This document shows positions 27,841 to 42,800 of a stretch of 64,000 nt of DNA, piece after piece. The position numbers were made by a program, and so were the translations under genes. The stretch's first letter is position 1, and the number at the start of each line of letters is the position of its first letter. The stretch spans positions 1,658,303-1,722,302 of the forward strand of contig CM082582.2 in the NCBI GenBank assembly GCA_040954595.2, given 5' to 3'. The stretch comes from Balanoglossus misakiensis (taxonomy: Eukaryota; Animalia; Hemichordata). The notes beneath the pieces were generated by a model that saw only the letters and a program-made list of their open reading frames with translations, had not been told where the DNA came from and searched no databases.

Positions 27841-30800
27841 TCATGAGTGAAAATCATCAAAAAATGACAAATTTTCGACTTTGCAAAATCTCAAAATTTC
27901 GTCGATTTTTGAGAAAAATCATGGGTGAAAATCATCAAAAAATGACAAATTTTCGACTTTGCAAAATCTCATAATTTTGTCGATTTTTGAAAAAAAATCA
28001 TGGGTGAAAATCATTAATAAATGACAAATTTTCGACATTGCAAAATCTCAAAATTTCGTCGATTTTTGAAAAAAAATCATGGGTGAAAATCATCAAAAAA
28101 TGACAAATTTTCGACTTTGCAAAATCTCAAAATTTCGTCGATTTTTGAGAAAAATCATGGGTGAAAATCATCAAAAAATGACAAATTTTCGACTTTGCAA
28201 AATCTCAAAATTTTGTCGATTTTTGAAAAAAAATCATGGGTTCGTTGATTTTTGAAAAAAAACATGGGTGAAAATCATCAAAAAATTACAAATTTTCGTC
28301 TTTGCAAAATCTCAAAATTTCGTCGATTTTTGAGAAAAATCATGGGTGAAAATCATCAAAAAATGACAAATTTTCGACTTTGCAAAATCTCAAAATTTTG
28401 TCGATTTTTGAAAAAAAATCATGGGTTCGTTGATTTTTGAAAAAAAACATGGGTGAAAATCATCAAAAAATTACAAATTTTCGAATTTGCAAAATCTCAA
28501 AATTTCGTCGATTTTTGAAAAAAAAAAAACATGGGTGAAAATCATCAAAAAATGACGAATTTTCGACTTTGCAAAATCTCAAAATTTCGTTAATTTTTGA
28601 TAAAAAGTCATGGGTGAAAATCATCAAAAAATTACAAATTTTCGTCATTGCAAAATCTCAAAATTTCGTCGATTTTTGAAAAAAAAAAATCATGGGTAAA
28701 AATCATCAAAAAATTACAAATTTTCGACTTTGCAAAATCTAAAAATTTTGTCGATTTTTAAAAAAAAAAATCATGGGTGAAAATAATCAAAAAATGACAA
28801 ATTTTCGACTTTGCAAAATCTCAAAATTTCGTCGATTTTTTGAAAAAAAATCATGGGTGAAAATCATCAAAAAATGACAAATTTTCGACTTTGCAAAATC
28901 TCAAAATTTCGTCGATTTTTGAAAAAAATCATGGGTAAAAATCATCAAAAAATGACAAATTTTCGACTTTGCAAAATCTCAAAATTTCGTAGATTTTTGA
29001 GAAAAATCATGGGTGAAAATCATCAAAAAATTACAAATTTTCGACTTTGCAAAATCTCAAAATGTTGTCGATTTTTGAGAAAAATCATGGGTTCGTTGAT
29101 TTTTGAAAAAAAACATGGGTGAAAATCATCAAAAAATTACAAATTTTCGACTTTGCAAAATCTCAAAATTTTGTCGATTTTTGAAAAAAAATCATGGGTG
29201 AAAATCATTAATAAATGACAAATTTTCGACTTTTCAAAATCTCAAAATTTCGCAGATTTTTGAAAAAAATCATGGGTGAAAATCATCAAAAAATGACAAA
29301 TTTTCGACTTTGCAAAATCTCAAAATTTCGTAGATTTTTGAAAAAAATCATGGGTGAAAATCATCAAAAAATGAAAAATTTTCGACTTTGCAAAATCTCA
29401 AAATTTCGTCGATTTTTGAGAAAAATCATGGGTGAAAATCATCAAAAAATGACAAATTTTCGGCTTTGCAAAATCTCAAAATTTTGTCGATTTTTGAAAA
29501 AAAATCGTGGGTTCGTTGATTTTTGACAAAAAAGGGTGAAAATCATCAAAAGATTACAAATTTTCGAATTTGCAAAATCTCAAATTTCGTCGATTTTTGA
29601 AAAAAATCATGGGTGAAAATCATCAAAAAATGACAAATTTTCGACTTTGCAAAATCTCAAAATTTCGTCGATTTTTGAAAAAAATCATGGGTGAAAATCA
29701 TCAAAAAATGACAAATTTTCGACTTTGCAAAATCTCAAAATTTCGTAGATTTTTGAAAAAAATCATGGGTGAAAATCATCAAAAAATGACAAATTTTCGG
29801 CCTTGCAAAATCTCAAAATTTTGTCTATTTTTGAAAAAAAATCATGGGTTCGTTGATTTTTGAAAAAAAAGGGTGAAAATCATCAAAAAATGAAAAAATT
29901 TCGACTTTGCAAAATCTCAAAATTTCGTAAATTTTTGATAAAAAGTCATGGGTGAAAATCATCAAAAAATTACAAATTTTCGTCATTGCAAAATCTCAAA
30001 ATTTCGTCGATTTTTAAAAAAAAAAATCATGGGTGAAAATAATCAAAAAATGACAAATTTTCGACTTTGCAAAATCTCAAAATTTCGTCGATTTTTTGAA
30101 AAAAAATCATGGGTGAAAATCATCAAAAAATGACAAATTTTCGACTTTGCAAAATCTCAAAATTTCGTCGATTTTTGAAAAAAATCATGGGTGAAAATCA
30201 TCAAAAAATGACAAATTTTCGACTTTGCAAAATCTCAAAATTTCGTAGATTTTTGAAAAAAATCATGGGTGAAAATCATCAAAAAATTACAAATTTTCGA
30301 CTTTGCAAAATCTCAAAATGTTGTCGATTTTTGAGAAAAATCATGGGTTCGTTGATTTTTGAAAAAAAACATGGGTGAAAATAATCAAAAAATGACAAAT
30401 TTTCGACTTTGCAAAATTTCAAAATTTCGTCGATTTTTTGAAAAAAAATCATGGGTGAAAATCATCAAAAAATGACAAATTTTCCACTTTGCAAAATCTC
30501 AAAATTTCGTAGATTTTTGAAAAAAATCATGGGTGAAAATCATCAAAAAATGAAAAAATTTCGACTTTGCAAAATCTCAAAATTTCGTCGATTTTTGAGA
30601 AAAATCATGGGTGAAAATCATCAAAAAATTACAAATTTTCGACTTTGCAAAATCTCAAAATGTTGTCGATTTTTGAGAAAAATCATGGGTTCGTTGATTT
30701 TTGAAAAAAAACATGGGTGAAAATCATCAAAAAATTACAAATTTTCGACTTTGCAAAATCTCAAAATTTTGTCGATTTTTGAAAAAAAATCATGGGTGAA

Positions 30801-33800
30801 AATCATTAATAAATGACAAATTTTCGACTTTTCAAAATCTCAAAATTTCGCAGATTTTTGAAAAAAATCATGGGTGAAAATCATCAAAAAATGACAAATT
30901 TTAGACTTTGCAAAATCTCAAAATTTCGTAGATTTTTGAAAAAAATCATGGGTGAAAATCATCAAAAAATGAAAAATTTTCGACTTTGCAAAATCTCAAA
31001 ATTTCGTCGATTTTTGAGAAAAATCATGGGTGAAAATCATCAAAAAATGACAAATTTTCGGCTTTGCAAAATCTCAAAATTTTGTCGATTTTTGAAAAAA
31101 AATCATGGGTTCGTTGATTTTTGACAAAAAAGGGTGAAAATCATCAAAAGATTACAAATTTTCGAATTTGCAAAATCTCAAATTTCGTCGATTTTTGAAA
31201 AAAATCATGGGTGAAAATCATCAAAAAATGACAAATTTTCGACTTTGCAAAATCTCAAAATTTCGTCGATTTTTGAAAAAAATCATGGGTGAAAATCATC
31301 AAAAAATGACAAATTTTCGACTTTGCAAAATCTCAAAATTTCGTAGATTTTTGAAAAAAAATCATGGGTGAAAATCATCAAAAAATGACAAATTTTCGGC
31401 CTTGCAAAATCTCAAAATTTTGTCTATTTTTGAAAAAAAATCATGGGTTCGTTGATTTTTGAAAAAAAAGGGTGAAAATCATCAAAAAATGAAAAAATTT
31501 CGACTTTGCAAAATCTCAAAATTTCGTCGATTTTTGAGAAAAATCATGGGTGAAAATCATCAAAAAATGAAAAATTTTCGACTTTGCAAAATCTCAAAAT
31601 TTCGTCGATTTTTGAGAAAAATCATGGGTGAAAATCATCAAAAAATGAAAAATTTTCGACTTTGCAAAATCTCAAAATTTTGTCGATTTTTGAAAAAAAA
31701 TCATGGGTTCGTTGATTTTTGACAAAAAAGGGTGAAAATCATCAAAAGATTACAAATTTTCGAATTTGCAAAATCTCAAATTTCGTCGATTTTTGAAAAA
31801 AATCATGGGTGAAAATCATCAAAAAATGACAAATTTTCGACTTTGCAAAATCTCAAAATTTCGTCGATTTTTGAAAAAAATCATGGGTGAAAATCATCAA
31901 AAAATGACAAATTTTCGACTTTGCAAAATCTCAAAATTTCGTAGATTTTTGAAAAAAATCATGGGTGAAAATCATCAAAAAATTACAAATTTTCGGCCTT
32001 GCAAAATCTCAAAATTTTGTCTATTTTTGAAAAAAAATCATGGGTTCGTTGATTTTTGAAAAAAAAGGGTGAAAATCATCAAAAAATGAAAAAATTTCGA
32101 CTTTGCAAAATCTCAAAATTTCGTCGATTTTTGAGAAAAATCATGGGTGAAAATCATCAAAAAATGAAAAATTTTCGACTTTGCAAAATCTCAAAATTTC
32201 GTCGATTTTTGAGAAAAATCATGGGTGAAAATCATCAAAAAATGAAAAATTTTCGACTTTGCAAAATCTCAAAATGTTGTCGATTTTTGAGAAAAATCAT
32301 GCGTTCGTTGATTTTTGAAAAAAAACATGGGTGAAAATCATCAAAAAATTACAAATTTTCGACTTTGCAAAATCTCAAAATTTTGTCGATTTTTGAAAAA
32401 AAATCATGGGTGAAAATCATTAATAAATGACAAATTTTCGACTTTGCAAAATCTCAAAATTTCGCAGATTTTTGAAAAAAATCATGGGTGAAAATCATCA
32501 AAAAATGACAAATTTTCGACTTTGCAAAATCTGAAATTTCGTCGATTTTTGAAAAAAATCATGGGTGAAAATAAGCAAAAAATGACAAATTTTCGACTTT
32601 GCAAAATCTCAAAATTTTGTCGGTTTTTGAAAAAAGAAATCATGGGTGAAAATCATCAAAAAATGACAAATTTTCGACTTTGCAAAATCTCAAAATTTCG
32701 TCGATTTTTGAAAAAAATCATGGGTGAAAATCATCAAAAAATGACAAATTTTCGACTTTGCAAAATCTCAAAATTTCGTCGATTTTTGAAAAAAATCATG
32801 GGTTCGTTCAATTTTGAAAAAAAACATGGGTGAAAATCATCAAAAAATGACAAATTTTCGACTTTGCAAAATCTCAAAATTTCGTCGATTTTTGAGAAAA
32901 ATCATGGGTGAAAATCATCAAAAAATGACAAATTTTCGACTTTGCAAAATCTCAAAATTTTGTCGATTTTTGAAAAAAAATCATGGGTGAAAATCATTAA
33001 TAAATGACAAATTTTCGACTTTTCAAAATCTCAAAATTTCGCAGATTTTTGAAAAAAATCATGGGTGAAAATCATCAAAAAATGACAAATTTTAGACTTT
33101 GCAAAATCTCAAAATTTCGTAGATTTTTGAAAAAAATCATGGGTGAAAATCATCAAAAAATGAAAAATTTTCGACTTTGCAAAATCTCAAAATTTCGTCG
33201 ATTTTTGAGAAAAATCATGGGTGAAAATCATCAAAAAATGACAAATTTTCGGCTTTGCAAAATCTCAAAATTTTGTCGATTTTTGAAAAAAAATCATGGG
33301 TTCGTTGATTTTTGACAAAAAAGGGTGAAAATCATCAAAAGATTACAAATTTTCGAATTTGCAAAATCTCAAATTTCGTCGATTTTTGAAAAAAAATCAT
33401 GGGTGAAAATCATTAATAAATGACAAATTTTCGACTTTTCAAAATCTCAAAATTTCGCAGATTTTTGAAAAAAATCATGGGTGTAAATCATCAAAAAATG
33501 ACAAATTTTCGACTTTGCAAAATCTCAAAATTTCGTAGATTTTTGAAAAAAATCATGGGTGAAAATCATCAAAAAATGAAAAATTTTCGACTTTGCAAAA
33601 TCTCAAAATTTCGTCGATTTTTGAGAAAAATCATGGGTGAAAATCATCAAAAAATGACAAATTTTCGGCTTTGCAAAATCTCAAAATTTTGTCTATTTTT
33701 GAAAAAAAATCATGGGTTCGTTGATTTTTGAAAAAAAAGGGTGAAAATCATCAAAAAATGAAAAAATTTCCACTTTGCAAAATCTCAAAATTTCGTCGAT

Positions 33801-36800
33801 TTTTGAGAAAAATCATGGGTGAAAATCATCAAAAAATGAAAAATTTTCGACTTTGCAAAATCTCAAAATGTTGTCGATTTTTGAGAAAAATCATGCGTTC
33901 GTTGATTTTTGAAAAAAAACATGGGTGAAAATCATCAAAAAATTACAAATTTTCGACTTTGCAAAATCTCAAAATTTTGTCGATTTTTGAAAAAAAATCA
34001 TGGGTGAAAATCATTAATAAATGACAAATTTTCGACTTTGCAAAATCTCAAAATTTCGCAGATTTTTGAAAAAAATCATGGGTGAAAATCATCAAAAAAT
34101 GACAAATTTTCGACTTAGCAAAATCTGAAATTTCGTCGATTTTTGAAAAAAATCATGGGTGAAAATCATCAAAAAATGACAAATTTTCGACTTTGCAAAA
34201 TCTCAAAATTTCGTCGATTTTTGAGAAAAATCATGGGTGAAAATCATCAAAAGTGACAAATTTTCGGCTTTGCAAAATCTCAAAATTTTGTCGATTTTTG
34301 AAAAAAAATCATGGGTTCGTTGATTTTTGAAAAAAAAGGGTGAAAATCATCAAAAAATTACAAATTTTCGAATTTACAAAATCTCAAAATTTCGTCGATT
34401 TTTGAGAAAAATCATGGGTGAAAATCATCAAAAAATGACAAATTTTCGACTTTGCAAAATCTCAAAATTTCGTCGATTTTTGAAAAAAAATCATGGGTGA
34501 AAATCATCAAAAAATGACAAATTTTCGACTTTGCAAAATCTCAAAATTTCGTTGATTTTTGAGAAAAATCATGGGTGAAAATCATCAAAAAATGACAAAT
34601 TTTCGACTTTGCAAAATCTCAAAATTTTGTCGATTTTTGAAAAAAAAATCATGGGTTCGTTGATTTTTGAAAAAAAACATGGGTGAAAATCATCAAAAAA
34701 TTACAAATTTTCGAATTTGCAAAATCTCAAAATTTCGTCGATTTTTGAAAAAAAATCATGGGTGAAAATCATCAAAAAATGACAAATTTTCGACTTTGCA
34801 AAATCTCAAAATTTCGTCGATTTTTGAAAAAAAGTCATGGGTGAAAATCATCAAAAAATTACAAATTTTCGTCTTTGCAAAATCTCAAAATTTCGTCGAT
34901 TTTTGAAAAAAAAATCATGGGTAAAAATTATCAAAAAATTACAAATTTTCGACTTTGCAAAATCTCAAAATTTCGTCGATATTTAAAAAAAAATCATGGT
35001 GAAAATCATCAAAAAATGACATATTTTCGACTTTGCAAAATCTAAAAATTTTGTCGATTTTTGAAAAAAATCATGAGTGAAAATAATCAAAAAATGACAA
35101 ATTTTCGACTTTGCAAAATCTCAAAATTTTGTCGATTTTTGAGAAAAATCATGGGTGAAAATCATTAAAAAATGACAAATTTTCGACTTTGCAAAATCTC
35201 AAAATTTCGTAGATTTTTGAAAAAAAATCATGGGTGAAAATCATCAAAAAATGACACATTTTCGTCTTTGCAAAATCTCAAAATTTGGTCGATTTTAGAA
35301 AAAAAAAATCATGGGTGAAAATCATCAAAAAATGACAAATTTTCGACTTTGCAAAATCTAACAATTTCGTCGATTTTTGAAAAAAATCATTTTGAAAATC
35401 ATCAAAAGATGACAAATTTTCGACTTTGCAAAATCTCAAAATTTCGTCGGTTTTTGAAAAAAGAAATCATGGGTGAAAATCATCAAAAAATGAAAAATTT
35501 TCGACTTTGCAAAATCTCAAAATTTCGTCGATTTTTGAAAAAAATCATGGGTGAAAATCATCAAAAAATGACAAATGTTCGACTTTGCAAAATCTCAAAA
35601 TTTCGTCGATTTTTGAAAAAAATCATGGGTTCGTTCAATGTTGAAAAAAAACATGGGTGAAAATCATCAAAAAATAACAAATTTTCGACTTTGCAAAATC
35701 TCAAAATTTTGTCGATTTTTGAAAAAAAATCATGGGTTCGTTGATTTTTGAAAAAAATCATGGGTGAAAATCATTAATAAATGACAAATTTTCGACTTTG
35801 CAAAATCTCAAAATTTCGTCGATTTTTGAAAAAAAATCATGAGTGAAAATCATCAAAAAATGACAAATTTTCGACTTTGCAAAATCTCAAAATTTCGTCG
35901 ATTTTTGAGAAAAATCATGGGTGAAAATCATCAAAAAATGACAAATTTTCGACTTTGCAAAATCTCATAATTTTGTCGATTTTTGAAAAAAAATCATGGG
36001 TGAAAATCATTAATAAATGACAAATTTTCGACATTGCAAAATCTCAAAATTTCGTCGATTTTTGAAAAAAAATCATGGGTGAAAATCATCAAAAAATGAC
36101 AAATTTTCGACTTTGCAAAATCTCAAAATTTCGTCGATTTTTGAGAAAAATCATGGGTGAAAATCATCAAAAAATGACAAATTTTCGAATTTACAAAATC
36201 TCAAAATTTCGTCGATTTTTGAGAAAAATCATGGGTGAAAATCATCAAAAAATGACAAATTTTCGACTTTGCAAAATCTCAAAATTTCGTCGATTTTTGA
36301 AAAAAAATCATGGGTGAAAATCATCAAAAAATGACAAATTTTCGACTTTGCAAAATCTCAAAATTTCGTTGATTTTTGAGAAAAATCATGGGTGAAAATC
36401 ATCAAAAAATGACAAATTTTCGACTTTGCAAAATCTCAAAATTTTGTCGATTTTTGAAAAAAAAATCATGGGTTCGTTGATTTTTGAAAAAAAACATGGG
36501 TGAAAATCATCAAAAAATTACAAATTTTCGAATTTGCAAAATCTCAAAATTTCGTCGATTTTTGAAAAAAAATCATGGGTGAAAATCATCAAAAAATGAC
36601 AAATTTTCGACTTTGCAAAATCTCAAAATTTCGTCGATTTTTGAAAAAAAGTCATGGGTGAAAATCATCAAAAAATTACAAATTTTCGTCTTTGCAAAAT
36701 CTCAAAATTTCGTCGATTTTTGAAAAAAAAATCATGGGTAAAAATTATCAAAAAATTACAAATTTTCGACTTTGCAAAATCTCAAAATTTCGTCGATATT

Positions 36801-39800
36801 TAAAAAAAAATCATGGTGAAAATCATCAAAAAATGACATATTTTCGACTTTGCAAAATCTAAAAATTTTGTCGATTTTTGAAAAAAATCATGAGTGAAAA
36901 TAATCAAAAAATGACAAATTTTCGACTTTGCAAAATCTCAAAATTTCGTAGATTTTTGAAAAAAAATCATGGGTGAAAATCATCAAAAAATGACACATTT
37001 TCGTCTTTGCAAAATCTCAAAATTTGGTCGATTTTAGAAAAAAAAAATCATGGGTGAAAATCATCAAAAAATGACAAATTTTCGACTTTGCAAAATCTAA
37101 CAATTTCGTCGATTTTTGAAAAAAATCATTTTGAAAATCATCAAAAGATGACAAATTTTCGACTTTGCAAAATCTCAAAATTTCGTCGGTTTTTGAAAAA
37201 AGAAATCATGGGTGAAAATCATCAAAAAATGACAAATTTTCGACTTTGCAAAATCTCAAAATTTCGTCGATTTTTGAAAAAAATCATGGGTGAAAATCAT
37301 CAAAAAATGACAAATGTTCGACTTTGCAAAATCTCAAAATTTCGTCGATTTTTGAAAAAAATCATGGGTTCGTTCAATGTTGAAAAAAAACATGGGTGAA
37401 AATCATCAAAAAATAACAAATTTTCGACTTTGCAAAATCTCAAAATTTTGTCGATTTTTGAAAAAAAATCATGGGTTCGTTGATTTTTGAAAAAAATCAT
37501 GGGTGAAAATCATTAATAAATGACAAATTTTCGACTTTGCAAAATCTCAAAATTTCGTCGATTTTTGAAAAAAAATCATGAGTGAAAATCATCAAAAAAT
37601 GACAAATTTTCGACTTTGCAAAATCTCAAAATTTCGTCGATTTTTGAGAAAAATCATGGGTGAAAATCATCAAAAAATGACAAATTTTCGACTTTGCAAA
37701 ATCTCATAATTTTGTCGATTTTTGAAAAAAAATCATGGGTGAAAATCATTAATAAATGACAAATTTTCGACATTGCAAAATCTCAAAATTTCGTCGATTT
37801 TTGAAAAAAAATCATGGGTGAAAATCATCAAAAAATGACAAATTTTCGACTTTGCAAAATCTCAAAATTTCGTCGATTTTTGAGAAAAATCATGGGTGAA
37901 AATCATCAAAAAATGACAAATTTTCGACTTTGCAAAATCTCAAAATTTTGTCGATTTTTGAAAAAAAATCATGGGTTCGTTGATTTTTGAAAAAAAACAT
38001 GGGTGAAAATCATCAAAAAATTACAAATTTTCGTCTTTGCAAAATCTCAAAATTTCGTCGATTTTTGAGAAAAATCATGGGTGAAAATCATCAAAAAATG
38101 ACAAATTTTCGACTTTGCAAAATCTCAAAATTTTGTCGATTTTTGAAAAAAAATCATGGGTTCGTTGATTTTTGAAAAAAAACATGGGTGAAAATCATCA
38201 AAAAATTACAAATTTTCGAATTTGCAAAATCTCAAAATTTCGTCGATTTTTGAAAAAAAAAAAACATGGGTGAAAATCATCAAAAAATGACGAATTTTCG
38301 ACTTTGCAAAATCTCAAAATTTCGTTAATTTTTGATAAAAAGTCATGGGTGAAAATCATAAAAAAATTACAAATTTTCGTCATTGCAAAATCTCAAAATT
38401 TCGTCGATTTTTGAAAAAAAAAAATCATGGGTAAAAATCATCAAAAAATTACAAATTTTCGACTTTGCAAAATCTAAAAATTTTGTCGATTTTTAAAAAA
38501 AAAAATCATGGGTGAAAATAATCAAAAAATGACAAATTTTCGACTTTGCAAAATCTCAAAATTTCGTCGATTTTTTGAAAAAAAATCATGGGTGAAAATC
38601 ATCAAAAAATGACAAATTTTCGACTTTGCAAAATCTCAAAATTTCGTCGATTTTTGAAAAAAATCATGGGTAAAAATCATCAAAAAATGACAAATTTTCG
38701 ACTTTGCAAAATCTCAAAATTTCGTAGATTTTTGAGAAAAATCATGGGTGAAAATCATCAAAAAATTACAAATTTTCGACTTTGCAAAATCTCAAAATGT
38801 TGTCGATTTTTGAGAAAAATCATGGGTTCGTTGATTTTTGAAAAAAAACATGGGTGAAAATCATCAAAAAATTACAAATTTTCGACTTTGCAAAATCTCA
38901 AAATTTTGTCGATTTTTGAAAAAAAATCATGGGTGAAAATCATTAATAAATGACAAATTTTCGACTTTTCAAAATCTCAAAATTTCGCAGATTTTTGAAA
39001 AAAATCATGGGTGAAAATCATCAAAAAATGACAAATTTTCGACTTTGCAAAATCTCAAAATTTCGTAGATTTTTGAAAAAAATCATGGGTGAAAATCATC
39101 AAAAAATGAAAAATTTTCGACTTTGCAAAATCTCAAAATTTCGTCGATTTTTGAGAAAAATCATCGGTGAAAATCATCAAAAAATGACAAATTTTCGGCT
39201 TTGCAAAATCTCAAAATTTTGTCGATTTTTGAAAAAAAATCGTGGGTTCGTTGATTTTTGACAAAAAAGGGTGAAAATCATCAAAAGATTACAAATTTTC
39301 GAATTTGCAAAATCTCAAATTTCGTCGATTTGTGAAAAAAATCATGGGTGAAAATCATCAAAAAATGACAAATTTTCGACTTTGCAAAATCTCAAAATTT
39401 CGTCGATTTTTGAAAAAAATCATGGGTGAAAATCATCAAAAAATGACAAATTTTCGACTTTGCAAAATCTCAAAATTTCGTAGATTTTTGAAAAAAATCA
39501 TGGGTGAAAATCATCAAAAAATGACAAATTTTCGGCCTTGCAAAATCTCAAAATTTTGTCTATTTTTGAAAAAAAATCATGGGTTCGTTGATTTTTGAAA
39601 AAAAAGGGTGAAAATCATCAAAAAATGAAAAAATTTCGACTTTGCAAAATCTCAAAATTTCGTAAATTTTTGATAAAAAGTCATGGGTGAAAATCATCAA
39701 AAAATTACAAATTTTCGTCATTGCAAAATCTCAAAATTTCGTCGATTTTAAAAAAAAAAAATCATGGGTGAAAATAATCAAAAAATGACAAATTTTCGAC

Positions 39801-42800
39801 TTTGCAAAATCTCAAAATTTCGTCGATTTTTTGAAAAAAAATCATGGGTGAAAATCATCAAAAAATGACAAATTTTCGACTTTGCAAAATCTCAAAATTT
39901 CGTCGATTTTTGAAAAAAATCATGGGTGAAAATCATCAAAAAATGACAAATTTTCGACTTTGCAAAATCTCAAAATTTCGTAGATTTTTGAAAAAAATCA
40001 TGGGTGAAAATCATCAAAAAATTACAAATTTTCGACTTTGCAAAATCTCAAAATGTTGTCGATTTTTGAGAAAAATCATGGGTTCGTTGATTTTTGAAAA
40101 AAAACATGGGTGAAAATAATCAAAAAATGACAAATTTTCGACTTTGCAAAATTTCAAAATTTCGTCGATTTTTTGAAAAAAAATCATGGGTGAAAATCAT
40201 CAAAAAATGACAAATTTTCCACTTTGCAAAATCTCAAAATTTCGTAGATTTTTGAAAAAAATCATGGGTGAAAATCATCAAAAAATGAAAAAATTTCGAC
40301 TTTGCAAAATCTCAAAATTTCGTCGATTTTTGAGAAAAATCATGGGTGAAAATCATCAAAAAATTACAAATTTTCGACTTTGCAAAATCTCAAAATGTTG
40401 TCGATTTTTGAGAAAAATCATGGGTTCGTTGATTTTTGAAAAAAAACATGGGTGAAAATCATCAAAAAATTACAAATTTTCGACTTTGCAAAATCTCAAA
40501 ATTTTGTCGATTTTTGAAAAAAAATCATGGGTGAAAATCATTAATAAATGACAAATTTTCGACTTTTCAAAATCTCAAAATTTCGCAGATTTTTGAAAAA
40601 AATCATGGGTGAAAATCATCAAAAAATGACAAATTTTAGACTTTGCAAAATCTCAAAATTTCGTAGATTTTTGAAAAAAATCATGGGTGAAAATCATCAA
40701 AAAATGAAAAATTTTCGACTTTGCAAAATCTCAAAATTTCGTCGATTTTTGAGAAAAATCATGGGTGAAAATCATCAAAAAATGACAAATTTTCGGCTTT
40801 GCAAAATCTCAAAATTTTGTCGATTTTTGAAAAAAAATCATGGGTTCGTTGATTTTTGACAAAAAAGGGTGAAAATCATCAAAAGATTACAAATTTTCGA
40901 ATTTGCAAAATCTCAAATTTCGTCGATTTTTGAAAAAAATCATGGGTGAAAATCATCAAAAAATGACAAATTTTCGACTTTGCAAAATCTCAAAATTTCG
41001 TCGATTTTTGAAAAAAATCATGGGTGAAAATCATCAAAAAATGACAAATTTTCGACTTTGCAAAATCTCAAAATTTCGTAGATTTTTGAAAAAAAATCAT
41101 GGGTGAAAATCATCAAAAAATGACAAATTTTCGGCCTTGCAAAATCTCAAAATTTTGTCTATTTTTGAAAAAAAATCATGGGTTCGTTGATTTTTGAAAA
41201 AAAAGGGTGAAAATCATCAAAAAATGAAAAAATTTCGACTTTGCAAAATCTCAAAATTTCGTCGATTTTTGAGAAAAATCATGGGTGAAAATCATCAAAA
41301 AATGAAAAATTTTCGACTTTGCAAAATCTCAAAATTTCGTCGATTTTTGAGAAAAATCATGGGTGAAAATCATCAAAAAATGAAAAATTTTCGACTTTGC
41401 AAAATCTCAAAATTTTGTCGATTTTTGAAAAAAAATCATGGGTTCGTTGATTTTTGACAAAAAAGGGTGAAAATCATCAAAAGATTACAAATTTTCGAAT
41501 TTGCAAAATCTCAAATTTCGTCGATTTTTGAAAAAAATCATGGGTGAAAATCATCAAAAAATGACAAATTTTCGACTTTGCAAAATCTCAAAATTTCGTC
41601 GATTTTTGAAAAAAATCATGGGTAAAAATCATCAAAAAATGACAAATTTTCGACTTTGCAAAATCTCAAAATTTCGTAGATTTTTGAGAAAAATCATGGG
41701 TGAAAATCATCAAAAAATTACAAATTTTCGACTTTGCAAAATCTCAAAATGTTGTCGATTTTTGAGAAAAATCATGGGTTCGTTGATTTTTGAAAAAAAA
41801 CATGGGTGAAAATCATCAAAAAATTACAAATTTTCGACTTTGCAAAATCTCAAAATTTTGTCGATTTTTGAAAAAAAATCATGGGTGAAAATCATTAATA
41901 AATGACAAATTTTCGACTTTTCAAAATCTCAAAATTTCGCAGATTTTTGAAAAAAATCATGGGTGAAAATCATCAAAAAATGACAAATTTTCGACTTTGC
42001 AAAATCTCAAAATTTCGTAGATTTTTGAAAAAAATCATGGGTGAAAATCATCAAAAAATGAAAAATTTTCGACTTTGCAAAATCTCAAAATTTCGTCGAT
42101 TTTTGAGAAAAATCATCGGTGAAAATCATCAAAAAATGACAAATTTTCGGCTTTGCAAAATCTCAAAATTTTGTCGATTTTTGAAAAAAAATCGTGGGTT
42201 CGTTGATTTTTGACAAAAAAGGGTGAAAATCATCAAAAGATTACAAATTTTCGAATTTGCAAAATCTCAAATTTCGTCGATTTTTGAAAAAAATCATGGG
42301 TGAAAATCATCAAAAAATGACAAATTTTCGACTTTGCAAAATCTCAAAATTTCGTCGATTTTTGAAAAAAATCATGGGTGAAAATCATCAAAAAATGACA
42401 AATTTTCGACTTTGCAAAATCTCAAAATTTCGTAGATTTTTGAAAAAAATCATGGGTGAAAATCATCAAAAAATGACAAATTTTCGGCCTTGCAAAATCT
42501 CAAAATTTTGTCTATTTTTGAAAAAAAATCATGGGTTCGTTGATTTTTGAAAAAAAAGGGTGAAAATCATCAAAAAATGAAAAAATTTCGACTTTGCAAA
42601 ATCTCAAAATTTCGTAAATTTTTGATAAAAAGTCATGGGTGAAAATCATCAAAAAATTACAAATTTTCGTCATTGCAAAATCTCAAAATTTCGTCGATTT
42701 TTAAAAAAAAAATCATGGGTGAAAATAATCAAAAAATGACAAATTTTCGACTTTGCAAAATCTCAAAATTTCGTCGATTTTTTGAAAAAAAATCATGGGT